Of a stretch of DNA of 64,000 bases, positions 27,306-42,565 are shown piece after piece. Under the pieces are notes generated by a model. It had not been told where the DNA came from. It searched no databases and saw nothing but the letters and a program-made list of their open reading frames with translations. Made by a program: the position numbers and the translations under genes. Within the stretch, counting starts at the first letter, position 1. Every line of letters begins with the position of its first letter. This stretch comes from Balanoglossus misakiensis (lineage: Eukaryota > Animalia > Hemichordata): positions 4,712,001 through 4,776,000 of the forward strand of contig CM082590.2 of the NCBI GenBank assembly GCA_040954595.2. Reading direction: 5' to 3'.

Positions 27306-30127
27306 ACAACCACGGCAAACACAGAGGCCAGAATGTGACGAGAGAGTAGTCACAGACACCCAAAAATGTCGACAATTCGAATAAGAATTCGAAAACACAA
27401 CCACGGCAAACACAGAGGCCAGAATGTGACGAGAGAGTAGTCACAGACACCCAAAAATGTCGACAATACGAATATGAATTCGAAAACACAACTACGGCAA
27501 ACACAGAGGCCACAATGTGACGAGAGAGTAGTCACAGACACCCAAAAATGTCGACAATTCGAATAAGAATTCGAAAACACAACCACGGCAAACACAGAGG
27601 CCACAATGTGACGAGAGAGTAGTCACAGACACCCAAAAATGTCGACAATTCGAATATGAATTCGAAAACACAACTACGGCAAACACAGAGGCCAGAATGT
27701 GACGAGAGAGTAGTGACAGACACCCAAAAATGTCGACAATTCGAATATGAATTCGAAAACACAACTACGGCAAACACAGAGGCCACAATGTGATGAGAGA
27801 GTAGTCACAGACACCCAAAAATGTCGACAATTCGAATATGAATTCGAAAACACAACTACGGCAAACACAGAGGCCACAATGTGATGAGAGAGTAGTCACA
27901 GACACCCAAAAATGTCGACAATTCGAATATGAATTCTAAAACACAACTACGGCAAACACAGAGGCCAGAATGTGACGAGAGAGTAGTCACAGACACCCAA
28001 AAATGTCGACAATTCGAATATGAATTCGAAAACACAACCACGGCAAACACAGAGGCCACAATGTGACGAGAGAGTAGTCACAGACACCCAAAAATGTCGA
28101 CAATTCGAATATGAATTCGAAAACACAACCACGGCAAACACAGAGGCCAGAATGTGACGAGAGAGTAGTCACAGACACCCAAAAATGTCGACAATTCGAA
28201 TATGAATTCGAAAACACAACCACGGCAAACACAGAGGCCAGAATGTGACGAGAGAGTAGTCACAGACACCCAAAAATGTCGACAATTCGAATATGAATTC
28301 GAAAACACAACTACGGCAAACACAGAGGCCACAATGTGACGAGAGAGTAGTCACAGACACCCAAAAATGTCGACAATTCAAATATGAATTCGAAAACACA
28401 ACCACGGCAAACACAGAGGCCAGAATGTGACGAGAGAGTAGTCACAGACACCCAAAAATGTCGACAATTCAAATATGAATTCGAAAACACAACCACGGCA
28501 AACACAGAGGCCAGAATGTGACGAGAGAGTAGTCACAGACACCCAAAAATGTCGACAATTCGAATAAGAATTCGAAAACACAACCACGGCAAACACAGAG
28601 GCCAGAATGTGACGAGAGAGTAGTCACAGACACCCAAAAATGTCGAGAATTCGAATAAGAATTCGAAAACACAACCACGGCAAACACAGAGGCCAGAATG
28701 TGACGAGAGAGTAGTCACAGACACCCAAAAATGTCGACAATTCGAATATGAATTCGAAAACACAACCACGGCAAACACAGAGGCCACAATGTGACGAGAG
28801 AGTAGTCACAGACACCCAAAAATGTCGACAATTCGAATATGAATTCGAAAACACAACCACGGCAAACACAGAGGCCACAATGTGACGAGAGAGTAGTCAC
28901 AGACACCCAAAAATGTCGTCAATTCGAATATGAATTCGAAAACACAACTACGGCAAACACAGAGGCCAGAATGTGACGAGAGAGTAGTCACAGACACCCA
29001 AAAATGTGTACAATTCGAATATGAATTCGAAAACACAACCACGGCAAACACAGAGGCCAGAATGTGACGAGAGAGTAGTCACAGACACCCAAAAATGTCG
29101 ACAATTCGAATATGAATTCGAAAACACAACTACGGCAAACACAGAGGCCACAATGTGACGAGAGAGTAGTCACAGACACCCAAAAATGTGGACAATTCGA
29201 ATATGAATTCGAAAACACAACCACGGCAAACACAGAGGCCAGAATGTGACGAGAGAGTAGTCACAGACACCCAAAAATGTCGACAATTCGAATAAGAATT
29301 CGAAAACACAACCACGGCAAACACAGAGGCCACAATGTGACGAGAGAGTAGTCACAGACACCCAAAAATGTCGACAATTCGAATATGAATTCGAAAACAC
29401 AACTACGGCAAACAGAGGCCAAAATGTGACGAGATGTAGTCACAGACACCCAAAAATGTCGACAATTCGAATAAGAATTCGAAAACACAACCACGGCAAA
29501 CACAGAGGCCAAAATGTGACGAGATGTAGTCACAGACACCCGAAAATGTGGACAATTCGAATAAGAATTCGAAAACACAACCACGGCAAACACAGAGGCC
29601 AGAATGTGACGAGAGAGTAGTCACAGACACCCAAAAATGTCGAGAATTCGAATAAGAATTCGAAAACACAACCACGGCAAACACAGAGGCCACAATGTGA
29701 CGAGAGAGTAGTCACAGACACCCAAAAATGTCGAGAATTCGAATAAGAATTCGAAAACACAACCACGGCAAACACAGAGGCCAGAATGTGACGAGAGAGT
29801 AGTCACAGACACCCAAAAATGTCGAGAATTCGAATAAGAATTCGAAAACACAACCACGGCAAACACAGAGGCCACAATGTGACGAGAGAGTAGTCACAGA
29901 CACCCAAAAATGTCGAGAATTCGAATAAGAATTCGAAAACACAACCACGGCAAACACAGAGGCCAGAATGTGACGAGAGAGTAGTCACAGACACCCAAAA
30001 ATGTGTACAATTCGAATAAGAATTCGAAAACACAACCACGGCAATCACAGAGGCCAGAATGTGACGAGAGAGTTGTCACAGACGCCCAAAAATGTCGACA
30101 ATTCGAATAGGAATTCGAAAACACAAC
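27306..30127. repeat. 91-bp satellite, ~31 units
   Basis: Same unit and flanks as 8718-9635. Confidence 0.97.
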
Positions 30128-31786
30128 ACAGAGAGTACTCCGAGACATCCAAAAATTTTGAAAATATTCATACATGCATACATACATACATACATACAGA
30201 CAGACATACATACATACATACAGACAGACATACATACATACATACATACATACATACTTACATACATACAAGACAGACAGACAGACATAAATACATACAT
30301 ACATACATACATACATACATACATACATACATACATACATACATACACAAATAAATATATAAATAAATGAATGAATGAATGAACGAGTGAATGAATGAAT
30401 GAATGAATGAATGAATGTATGTATGTATGTATGTATGAATGTATGAATGAATGGATGGATGGATGAATGAATGTACAATACTAGTAAATCATGCCTATAT
30501 CCAGTACATTCGGGAAAAATGACCATCCAAGTTTATAGAGAGAGAGAGAGAGCCAGTCGAACAATTTTCAATGTTGGTCAACTGTTCATTGTCATATTTG
30601 CTTTCTGTATCAATACAGGACTAATGCTGTAAACCCTTTGTATTCTGTTTACCATTCAGCTTTGATATCTTAACTTGACTTTTTCTTTATATGTGGGTGC
30701 AATTATGCTACAAAGCTAAACAGTAAACACCTGAAGGCTGCTGTACCCTGTGCAATTAACATAAATTTACACTAAGTGCTTGCTACATGCAATGCTTATT
30801 GTGCCTATAGGATTCAACAACCTTCAGGTTATGCTGAATAAATCATGGTGATAATTTAGCAGTGTTGGCAAACTGAAGTGTACAATTTAGTTTTAACCTA
30901 CTTAAACCCTCTCTCTCTCTCTGACACAATGACAAAAAATGATATCAGAATAATACATTTGTAATACAGATCATATAAATGAGGAAAGGGATTGATCAAT
31001 GTTCAATTTCGTCCCGTGGGAGAAGTTCTATTCTTGGAATGACGATGGAATCAAAGTCAGTAAAATAAAGTCATCCTGTCCTTGGAAGGAAACTTCTCTG
31101 AATCCGATTCACTGGGGCTTCAGCATTCATACATGTATCCTCTTCTTGCCTATGCACAGAAAGACGACATAACACTCACCTTGTATTGATTGATTGATTA
31201 CAGCAAATAAGAGAATTCAACATTCACACAGAAACGAAAATATGCTCCTGTCAAACACTAAACATGGGTAAAAAAGGGGCCCAGGATGTGACAACATCAG
31301 ATCAGGTCACTTCTTGATCACTATGTAATATGGTGGTAGAACACACTTGGGCCCCACTTTTGTATTTTTGTCTGGCGTGACACTCCCTTAAAACTCTACC
31401 AAATGAAGATAAGCCCGCGTCAAAAGAGTGAATTGAAGTCCGCGAAACTACAAGTTAAAGAATCTGCTGTTTTTCATCAGGCAATGAACTGGTTGAATGC
31501 ATATTGGAAGAGAAAGCAATAGGATAGATTGGACATCAGTTACAGTATTCCGAGTATGGCGTTGACTCCTCTCTCTGGGCATAAATGCTATAAAATCAGA
31601 CCCAGTTCATCATGCATTGCTGGATGAATATTTATCCCGACTGAAGCACACAGTATATACCGACCATGTGCACTTCCAGTGTTTTTATATAATATGGATG
31701 TGTATAGGAGCTATCAAGTAGGGGGGGCTTGCTATCAAGTAAAATGAAGGAATGCATCGACTTTTATTATCAGTGGTTAATGCTAT

Positions 31787-34700
31787 GTTACCTTTGAAGT
31801 GCTTGGCGGCTATACCGGTACAAGCATGCACAGATCTATCTTGATATATGTTACTCATCACAGGGACCAGTGACTGTTATCTGCAAAAATGAAAAATATG
31901 CCAATAAGTATTTCTGTGTCAAACAGCACGGCAAAGTGTATCTATGGACAGAGATGATCTCCTGTCTTCATGAACAATACAATACGTTGTACAGGGGCCT
32001 CCAAATGAGCAATTAAATTCTATGCTGTCATTTATGGTGTCTAGGAAATCTTTAAGAGAATAAGAATTATCTTATGTTACCCTCAGACACCACTTGGCTG
32101 CAATACAGGCATGTACACACATCCAGTTTGACAGGTCAATGTTGATCACCAGAGAGAAACCATTATCTGCAAAAATGGAAAATATGACAAAGTATTTTAG
32201 TGTCAAAAAATAAGGCAGTAAAGTGTAAGGATAATCTCCTGGATGGACAATACAATAAGTCACACACAGCCCTCCAAAATGAGCAATTAAATTATATGCA
32301 TTCATCTATGGGGTCTAGGAAATCTTTAAGAGAATAAGAATTATCTTATGTTACCCACAGACACCACTTGGCTGCAATACAGGCATGTACACACATCCAG
32401 TTCGACAGATCAATGTTGATCACCAGAGAGAAACCATTATCTGCAAAAATGGAAAATATGACAAAGTATTTCAAAAAACATGACAGTAAAATGTATGGAC
32501 AGATGATCTCCTGGATGGACAATACAATAAGTCACACACGGCCCTCCAAAATGAGCAATTAAATTCTATGCATTCATCTATGGGGTCTAGGAAATCTTTA
32601 AGAGAAAAAGAATTATCTTATATGTTACCCTCAGACACCAATTGGCTGCAATACAGACAAGTACACACATCCAGTTTGACAGATCAATGTTGATCACCAG
32701 AGAGAAACCATTATCTACAAAAATGGAAAATATGACAAAGTATTTTAGTGTCAAAAAACATGACAGTAAAATGTTTGGACAGATGATCTCCTGGATGGAC
32801 AATACAATAAGTCACACACTGCCCTCCAAAATGAGCAATTAAATTCTATGCTGTCATCTATGGGGTCTAGGAAATCTTTAGTAGAAAAAGAATTATCTTA
32901 TATGTTACCCTCAGACACCAATTGGCTGCAATACAGGCATGTACACACATCCAGTTCGACAGATCAATGTTGATCACCAGAGAGAAACCATTATCTGCAA
33001 AAATGGAAAATATGACAAAGTATTTTAGTGTCAAAAAACATGACAGTAAAATGTATGGACAGATGATCTCCTGGATGGACAATACAATAAGTCACACACT
33101 GCCCTCCAAAATGAGCAATTAAATTCTATGCTGTCATCTATGGGGTCTAGGAAATCTTTAGTAGAAAAAGAATTATCTTATATGTTACCCTCAGACACCA
33201 ATTGGCTGCAAAACAGGCATGTACACACATCCAGTTCGACAGATCAATGTTGATCACCAGAGAGAAACCATTATCTGCAAAAATGGAAAATATGACAAAG
33301 TATTTTAGTGTCAAAAAATAAGGCAGTAAAGTGTAAGGATAATCTTCTGGATGGACAATACAATAAGTCACACACGGCCCTCCAAAATGAGCAATTAAAT
33401 TAAATGCATTCATCTATGGGGTCTAGGAAATCTTTAGGTGAAAAAGAATTATCTTATGTTACCCTCAGACACCACTTGGCTGCAATACAGGCATGTACAC
33501 ACATCCAGTTCGACAGATCAATGTTGATCACCAGAGAGAAACCATTATCTACAAAAATGGAAAATATGACGAAGTATTTTAGTGTCAAAAAATAAGGCAG
33601 TAAAGTGTAAGGATAATCTTCTGGATCGACAATACAATAAGTCACACACGGCCCTCCAAAATGAGCAATTAAATTAAATGCATTCATCTATGGGGTCTAG
33701 GAAATCTTTAAGAGAAAAAGAATTATCTTATGTTACCCTCAGACACCACTTGGCTGCAATACAGGCATGTACACACATCCAGTTCGACAGATCAATGTTG
33801 ATCACCAGAGAGAAACCATTATCTGCAAAAATGGAAAACATGACAAAGCATTTTAGTGTCAACAAATAAAGGCAGTAAAGTGTAAGGATAATCTCCTGGA
33901 TGGACAATACAATAAGTCACACACGGCCCTCCAAAATGAGCAATTAAATTCTATGCTGTCATCTATGGGGTAAAGGAAATCTTTAGGTGAAAAAGAATTA
34001 TCTTATGTTACCCTCAGACACCACTTGGCTGCAATACAGGCATGTACACACATCCAGTTCGACAGATCAATGTTGATCACCAGAGAGAAACCATTATCTA
34101 CAAAAATGGAAAATGTGACAAAGTATTTTAGTGTCAAAAAATAAGGCAGTAAAGTGTAAGGATAATCTCCTGGATGCACAATACAATAAGTCACTCACGG
34201 CCCTCCAAAATGAGCAATTAAATTATATGCATTCATCTATGGGGTCTAGGAAATCTTTAGGTGAAAAAGAATTATCTTATGTTACCCTCGGACACCACTT
34301 GGCTGCAATACAGGCATGTACACACATCCAGTTCGACAGATCAATGTTGATCACCAGAGAGAAACCATTATCTGCAAAAATGGAAAATATGACAAAGTAT
34401 TTTAGTGTCAAAAAATAAGGCAGTAAAGTGTAAGGATAATCTTCTGGATCGACAATACAATAAGTCACACACGGCCCTCCAAAATGAGCAATTAAATTAA
34501 ATGCATTCATCTATGGGGTCTAGGAAATCTTTAAGAGAAAAAGAATTATCTTATGTTACCCTCAGACACCACTTGGCTGCAATACAGGCATGTACACACA
34601 TCCAGTTCGACAGATCAATGTTGATCACCAGAGAGAAACCATTATCTGCAAAAATGGAAAACATGACAGAGCATTTTAGTGTCAACAAATAAAGGCAGTA

Positions 34701-35012
34701 AAGTGTAAGGATAATCTCCTTGATGGACAATACAATAAGTCACACACGGCCCTCCAAAATGAGCAATTAAATTCTATGCTGTCATCTATGGGGTAAAGGA
34801 AATCTTAGAAGAACAATAATTATCTTATGTTACCCTTGCAAACTACTGGACTGCTTTACAGACTTGAATATACATCTAGTTTGGCAGATTTTGATCAACA
34901 GCTAGATACCCCTTTCTGCAAAAAAATGGAAAATATGCCAATAAGTATTTCTGTGTCAAACAACATAATGGTAAATTATATCTATGGACAGAGATGATCT
35001 CCTGTCTTCATG
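31787..35012. repeat. ~277-bp satellite: 10 conserved plus 2 degenerate edge units
   Basis: Units at ~32076, 32350, 32625, 32905, 33184, 33458, 33732, 34007, 34281, 34555. Confidence 0.95.
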
Positions 35013-35843
35013 AATGTAATGTACTTCAATGGCTGGTTACTCAAATTTAATTGGCATACTCACACCACAGGAATCATGTTACCTGGTTACCAACTTGGCA
35101 TCTGGACAGGAGGATATTGGGCATCATGGAAATCTGAAACTAATGAGAAAAAATTGTGTAAATAGACAATTATAACTGACTGCTATGAACTTCAACTTGG
35201 CTGCTAACAATCCCCAACACCTGCAACAAATAATAAATAGTAAATATTAATTTATTATCATAGACTGGTTGAGTTTAATGTTACCTATGGTACACTTACA
35301 TTGTATTTTCCCTATTAATCTGGTGGGTAGTTAGCTATCTGATGTTTATTAACCATTGTAAAACTCTAGGATCTGATAAACTTATTTATTTATCCAACAG
35401 ACTTACAAAATGTGAAAATATTTATATTTCTATGGGAGAAACATGGACCGTTACTAAGTTAACTAATCATTATAGGGGACTAAAATTTCTACAAATTTAA
35501 AATTATTCCTGTAATTATCACCTGTCTATATATTATGTACATTGTAATTGCTAAACTATACCATTCACTGGGTTTAGCTCCTTACTGGAAAATTGCCATT
35601 ACAATTTATGCCCAGTTGTGGGTTTAAGAAAAATACACAGTGATAAAAAAAGCAAAATTATTAATGGAGTTTTCAAAAGTTATTTCCTAAAATCATCAGA
35701 CATAAGTACTAAATTATCACTTAAAGCTAAGCCTACTAATCAATACAAATTCAGCAGAATATTTAAGTTGCACAGCTGAGGGTTAATGAGAAAACAACAC
35801 ATTTCTTATTTATCATTATCATCATCATCATCATCATCATCAT

Positions 35844-35881
<38 letters not shown>

Positions 35882-36536
35882 CCATCATTGCCATCATCAT
35901 CATCATCATCACCATCACAACCGTCATCAACATCAGTACAACCATCAATGCCATCACCATAACAACTAGCAATAACAATTAACATCAAAACTGCCAACAC
36001 CATCACCAACATTAACAGGAATAAAATCAAAATGTTGAATGACCCATAAAAAATCAGAAACTGTCAACCAACAGCATTCTACAAAGTCACTAGTTTATTA
36101 ATCTAGCTGAGGTGATTGTATTATATTCTTAAATATTATATGTTTATTATTATCAGTTTGTAAATTTTTAAGTCTAAGAATATTATAATATTAAAATTTC
36201 AAATGGCAATTTTTTATACGCATAGCTGACATTATACACCAGTAATTCTGAATGTTCATTTACTAAATTACTGCAATTTCCAAAACAGCCATGTTATGTA
36301 AATTATTTTCCAATTTTCAAACGAGTGCTAACTTCACTGATGAAAAGGGGGAATTTAGACAATGAGCTGTTGGTGAAACTGACTGGATGGTATTAAAACA
36401 CAATTAAATACAGATCTGGAACATAAATGTTATATAATGCAATGTTAATCATATCATTTAATCTGGAAAGAAATCATGCATTTGAGACACATCAATTGTG
36501 ATCACAATTACCGGTTCAATGCAAATACTGTCTGGA

Positions 36537-39078
36537 AGTTTTCATATCAAGCTACAGTACCTGAAACAAAAATTTGTAATCACTGACACCCCCACCCCAA
36601 TCATTATGAATCGCTGACACCCCCAACCCCATCATTATGAACACCTTGGTTTCACACAGGTTGTTTGTTTACGATTGTGAAATACTGTTTACTTAATAAC
36701 ACAAGCATAGTAAAATTATTAGTGATACAACACAACATGGTGCAGCATTTTAATACTGCAGATTAGTTCAAAGCTTTCATATCAAGCTACAGTACCTGAA
36801 ACAAAAATTTATCATGGCTGACAACCCCCTCCCCCCATCATTATCAATTAGAACACTTGGTTTCACACAGGTTGTTTGTTTACGATTGTGAAACACTGTT
36901 CACTAAATATGGTGCAGCATTTTAATACTGCAGGTTAGTTCAAAGTTTTCATATCAAGCTACAGTACCTGAAACAAAAATTTGTAATCACTGACACCCCC
37001 CTCCCCTGACACCCCCACCCCCGATCATTACCAATTAGAACACATTGGTTTCACACAGATTGTTTGTTAATGATCGTGAAACACTGTTTACTTAATAACA
37101 CAAGCATGGCAAAATTATTAATGATACAACACAACATGGTGCAGCATTTTAATACTGCAGATTAGTTCAAAGTTTTCATATCAAGCTACAGTACCTGAAA
37201 CAAAAATTTATCATGGCTGACAACCCCCTCCCCCCATCATTATCAATTTGAACACTTGGCTTCACACAGGTTGTTTGTTTACGACTGTGGAACACTGTTC
37301 ACTAAATATGGTGCAGCATTTTAATACTGCAGATTAGTTCAAAGTTTTCATATCAAGCTACAGTACCTGAAACAAAAATTTGTAATCACTGACACCCCCC
37401 TCCCCTGACACCCCCCCCCCCAAATCATTATCAATTAGAACACTTGGCTTCACACTGGTTGTTTATTTACGATTGTGAAACACTGTTTACTTAATAACAC
37501 AAGCATGGCAAAATTATTAATGATAAAACACATCATGGTGCAGCAATTTAATACTGCAGATTAGTTCAAAGTTTTCATATCAAGCTACAGTACCTGAAAC
37601 AAAAATTTATTATGGCTGACAACCCCCTCCCCCCATCATTATCAATTAGAACACTCGGTTTCACACAGGTTGTTTGTTTACGACTGTGGAACACTGTTCA
37701 CTAAATATGGTGCAGCATTTTAATACTGCAGGTTAGTTCAAAGTTTTCATATCAAGCTACAGTACCTGAAACAAAAATTTATTATGGCTGACACCCCCCT
37801 CCCCCCATCATTATCAATTTGAACACTTGGTTTCACACAGGTTGTTTGTTTACGACTGTGGAACACTGTTCACTAAATATGGTGCAGCATTTTAATACTG
37901 CAGGTTAGTTCAAAGTTTTCATATCAAGCTACAGTACCTGAAACAAAAATTTATTATGGCTGACACCCCCCTCCCCCCATCATTATCAATTTGAACACTT
38001 GGTTTCACACAGGTTGTTTGTTTACGATTGTGAAACACTGTTCACTTAATTAACACAAGCATAGTAGAATTATTAATGATAAAACACATCATGGTGCAGC
38101 ATTTTAACACTGCAGATTAGTTCAAAGTTTTCATATCAAGCTACAGTACCTGAAACAAAAATTTGTGATCACTGACATCCCCCTCCCCCCATCATAATCA
38201 ATTAGAACACTTGGTTCACACAGGTTATTTGTTTATGATCGTGAAACACTGTTTACTTAATAACACAAGCATAGTAGAATTATCAATGATAAAACACATC
38301 ATGGTGCAGCAATTTAATACTGCAGATTAGTTCAAAGTTTTCATATCAAGCTACAGTACCTGAAACAAAACTTTGTGATCACTGACATCCCCCTCCCCCC
38401 ATCATAATCAATTAGAACACTTGGTTCACACAGGTTATTTGTTTATGATCGTGAAACACTGTTTACTTAATAACACAAGCATATTAGAATTATTAATGAT
38501 AAAACACATCATGGTGCAGCAATTTAATACTGCAGGTTAGTTCAAAGTTTTCATATCAAGCTACAGTACCTGAAACAAAAATTTGTGATCACTGACACCC
38601 CCATCATTATGAATCGCTGACACCCCCACCCCCATCATTATGAACACCTTGGTTCACACAGGTTATTTGTTTATGATCGTGAAACACTGTTTACTTAATA
38701 ACACAAGCATAGTAGAATTATCAATGATAAAACACATCATGGTGCAGCAATTTAATACTGCAGATTAGTTCAAAGTTTTCATATCAAGCTACAGTACCTG
38801 AAACAAAAATTTATTATGGCTGACACCCCCCTCCCCCCATCATTATCAATTTGAACACTTGGTTTCACACAGGTTGTTTGTTTACGATTGTGAAACACTG
38901 TTCACTAAATATGGTGCAGCATTTTAATACTGCAGGTCAGTTCAAAGTTTTCATATCAAGCTACAGTACCTGAAACATAAATTTATTATGGCTGACACCC
39001 CCTTCCCCCCATCATTATCAATAAGAACACCTTGGTTTCACACAGGTTGTTTGTTTACGATTGTGAAACACTGTTCAT
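36537..39078. repeat. Same variable satellite, ~13 units
   Basis: Same core as 13217-15392. Confidence 0.95.
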
Positions 39079-39386
39079 GTTATAACACCACCAATTCCAT
39101 AGTGTAATATTATTAACTAGTTTGATAAATCAGAAACTTCTGAGTGCGTGGTTACTTATACGGTATTTCATGTTTGAGAGTGCAAGGTTATGACATCCCC
39201 AAATCTGACTGGCCAGGTCAGAATGGGAACACCCACATGTGTGCAAGTTTTAATAAAATACACCTGAGAGCATGACTGCACCCAGCAGATCACCCATTTA
39301 CAAAGCTTTGTGTCATTACATGTGAGTATGATATTTTTATTTTTATTTTTATAAGTATCACCATCATCATCATTATCATTATCATT

Positions 39387-39420
<34 letters not shown>

Positions 39421-42193
39421 GTATCACCATCTAAACCATCATTATCACCATCTAAACCATTATCACCACCATCACCATCAGTATCACCATCAGTATCACC
39501 ATCATCACCATCAGTATCACCATCACTACCATTATTATCACCATCATTATCACCATCATTATTATCACTATCATCACCATCATTATCACCATCACCACCA
39601 CTATTATCACCATCAGTATCACCATCACCACCATTATTATCACTATCATCACCATCATCATCACCATCACCACCATTATTATCTTAATCAGTATCACCAG
39701 TACCACCAGATTCACCATCATTGTCATCACTATTATCACCACCAGTATTATCATATTCAACACCGCTATGTTACGGTTAAAACTGCTGTACCAGTTAGTA
39801 CAGATCTCCATTTACCATGGTAACTGTATTTAAATTTGCATGCATGCATTTTGTCTGAAACACAGACGAACCCGTTACATGATATATTTTACATGTCAAG
39901 CAAAATGGCTGCTACATTTGTACATTAAAATGATACGAGGCAACAGGGATTCATATGAAGTGCATTCCTAGAAAAAAAGAAAACTTTATTTAATTCATTT
40001 AATAACAGGCATATCAATGATATTTATCTATACCAGTCATAAATTTTCACCAACAGCTCTATGTACTAGGATCATTTTACCCTGGTTTGTACAAACACAT
40101 TTGCTTTGCAAAACTCTGTACACAGAATCACAAAGTATGTAATGCCAACTATGCATAAACATGAGGCTACCAATTCTGACGAATATTTAAGATGAATGTG
40201 ACTGATTGTCTGGATGAAAATACATCTCTGTGTAACGTATATTTATGGTTAAATTAAACCTTTACTAACATTATTATTTCTGTTATTTTATACCACTACA
40301 ACCACAATGCCAAAGTTAACGCTAGTAACAGATACAACATTACACCCATTATTCTGGAGTAAATTAAGACCACTAAGAAACAAATATTAACCACCTATAC
40401 CACTCAAGACATATTCATTCTCCAACCTATTGCGTCTCAAAGTATCCAGAAGATTCACCAAAACCAGACAATACCACATTGACATATGCTCTGCAGAAAC
40501 TACTATTATTGGTGTCTTTCTTACACAGATATAAAGAACTAATCATCATCATCATTGTTACTGTTTTTGTAACATCTTCATCATTATCATTGTCATCATC
40601 ATCCTCATTATAATCATCATTATCATCATCATCACAATCATCATTATCATCATCATCATTGTAGTCATTATTTTTAGTTATTTTATTATCATCCTCCTGT
40701 TATTCATCCTATAATTCCTAATCATTTTTTCTCTCATATTACATTTGTCTTTCAATTGTCATTGATTTTAAGAATATTACTGCTCCAATTTCAATGTGAC
40801 TGGTGTGATCATCCTATTTGCCGTAATTTGCATTTGAACATCATGAAGTTAATCCAAACTGAATAGCAGATGCCTACCATGTCGTTTTTAATCCTCCCTA
40901 CCTTAAATAGGTTTTAATCTACCTAAGTGAGTGATGAAAATCTCATAATATGGTCGACAAAATTTCAAGATGGCCGATTTTTGCCATGTTTAAGAAATGG
41001 GAGTTCATGAGCTAAAGTGATATTGAGTCTTTCTGAATCTTTGTAACAGAAAAAATAACAAAATGTGAAAAAAGTTTAATGAGTTTGATATGTTAAGTAC
41101 AAAGACAGACATGTTTGACCAAAGGAAGTCATAACATACAGTAAACATATCATTTATTCTATCTCTTACTACAGTGAGTTGTCGACTTTTTACCCAGAAT
41201 GCAATTATTATTATGTGATTTGACCCCCTAGCACAAAGTGAACACCTATTAAAGGCAGCCAGAATTCTGCACCATCTGCCAATTATGCAATATTTAAGCT
41301 GTCAAGTAAAACAATATAAAAGTAAATCGTATAAATTTTTTTACTTCCCTGCTCAAAGATCGGCTGCAATAATGTACATCCATTTCTGTAATCTTCAACT
41401 TTGTCCCACAAGTCCTGTCGGCTAGATCACATGGAAAGTTCCTCCTGCAATTTAAGAAAGTTGAACACAATTTTGAGCACAAAATCAAAACTTTCAAAAA
41501 ATATAGAAATCATGGGTAAGAGGAACTCATATGTTTTCATCTTCAAATTTGTATACAGTTGTTTATAAAACTGTTGCCAGTTCTCATCCACATATAAAAA
41601 TGAGATAACTACAGAGCCTTATATTATAATCCTAAATTTTAAAATTTAGGAGAACATTTACTATAGTTCTAAGCAGGAAAGTTAAAGGACAAAGTCTCTC
41701 TTTGCTACCCTTTTCCCATTAATTATGTTTGATACAAGACACCGTTTATGTTAATGTATATGTGGATATATAGTGAATCAACGTTCAACCACACACACCT
41801 TCCATCCCGCTTGTAGACATGAGAGTGAAAAACTCGCCAAAATGAATAATCAGTTTCTACCATTTATTCATTTTGGGTGAGCTTTCACTCTCATATCATA
41901 CAAGTGGTATGGAATTTGTGTGTTGTTCAACGTACATTCACTACATATACAAATGTTCATTAACATAAACAGTGTGTTGTATCAAACCTAATTAATGGGA
42001 AAAGGGCAGGGAGAGAGAGACTTTGTCCGTTTAACTTCCTAGGCTGAGAATGCTGAAATACTTGAATAGACACAGACATGGTCAATTGTCAATAGTCTCC
42101 TCAGTAAAAGCCCAGAAAATGTTACCACAGGCAGTTCAACATTAAGATGATACAGTTGGTGTTTGAATCAAGGGTGCTATTCTTTGGAACTTT

Positions 42194-42565
42194 CATTCTC
42201 GCCCCACCAGACTACGGATTTCTTTCGTTTCACTATCGAAATCACGTACTCTGGTTAAAATGGAGTACCGCGCTGGTATTTGAACATATGGGTAATGCAT
42301 ATTCATGAGATGACATCATTATAATCTGGCCAATCAAACTGCACGTTCTTCGCTCTCACTCAGAGCACTGCCACTGGAAGCCGCCATGTTGTTTAGAATG
42401 AGATGTAATGAGATGCGTGAATGGGATGTAACAAGCAATCTGATTGGTTGTTGGATGTACTATGAAAGCGCCTAGACCAAATACTGAATACATGGCCGTA
42501 TTATACCACGGCCTTTTTGCGGGGAGCAGAGCGCTGCCGTAAAAGGGCCGTGGTTTGCGACGATG
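42194..42565. mobile_element. 372-bp non-autonomous DNA transposon, ~9-bp TSD, copy C only
   Basis: T(G/T)GAACTTT flanks both sides; imperfect TIR CATTCTCGC/GCGACGATG; empty site at ~1057 and ~18576. Confidence 0.8.

Larger units (their letters stand above)
17510..41115. repeat. Tandem segmental duplication, copy B (longer because of satellite expansions and insertions)
   Basis: Colinear with copy A except for indels and the replaced 21981-23270 segment. Confidence 0.97.
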
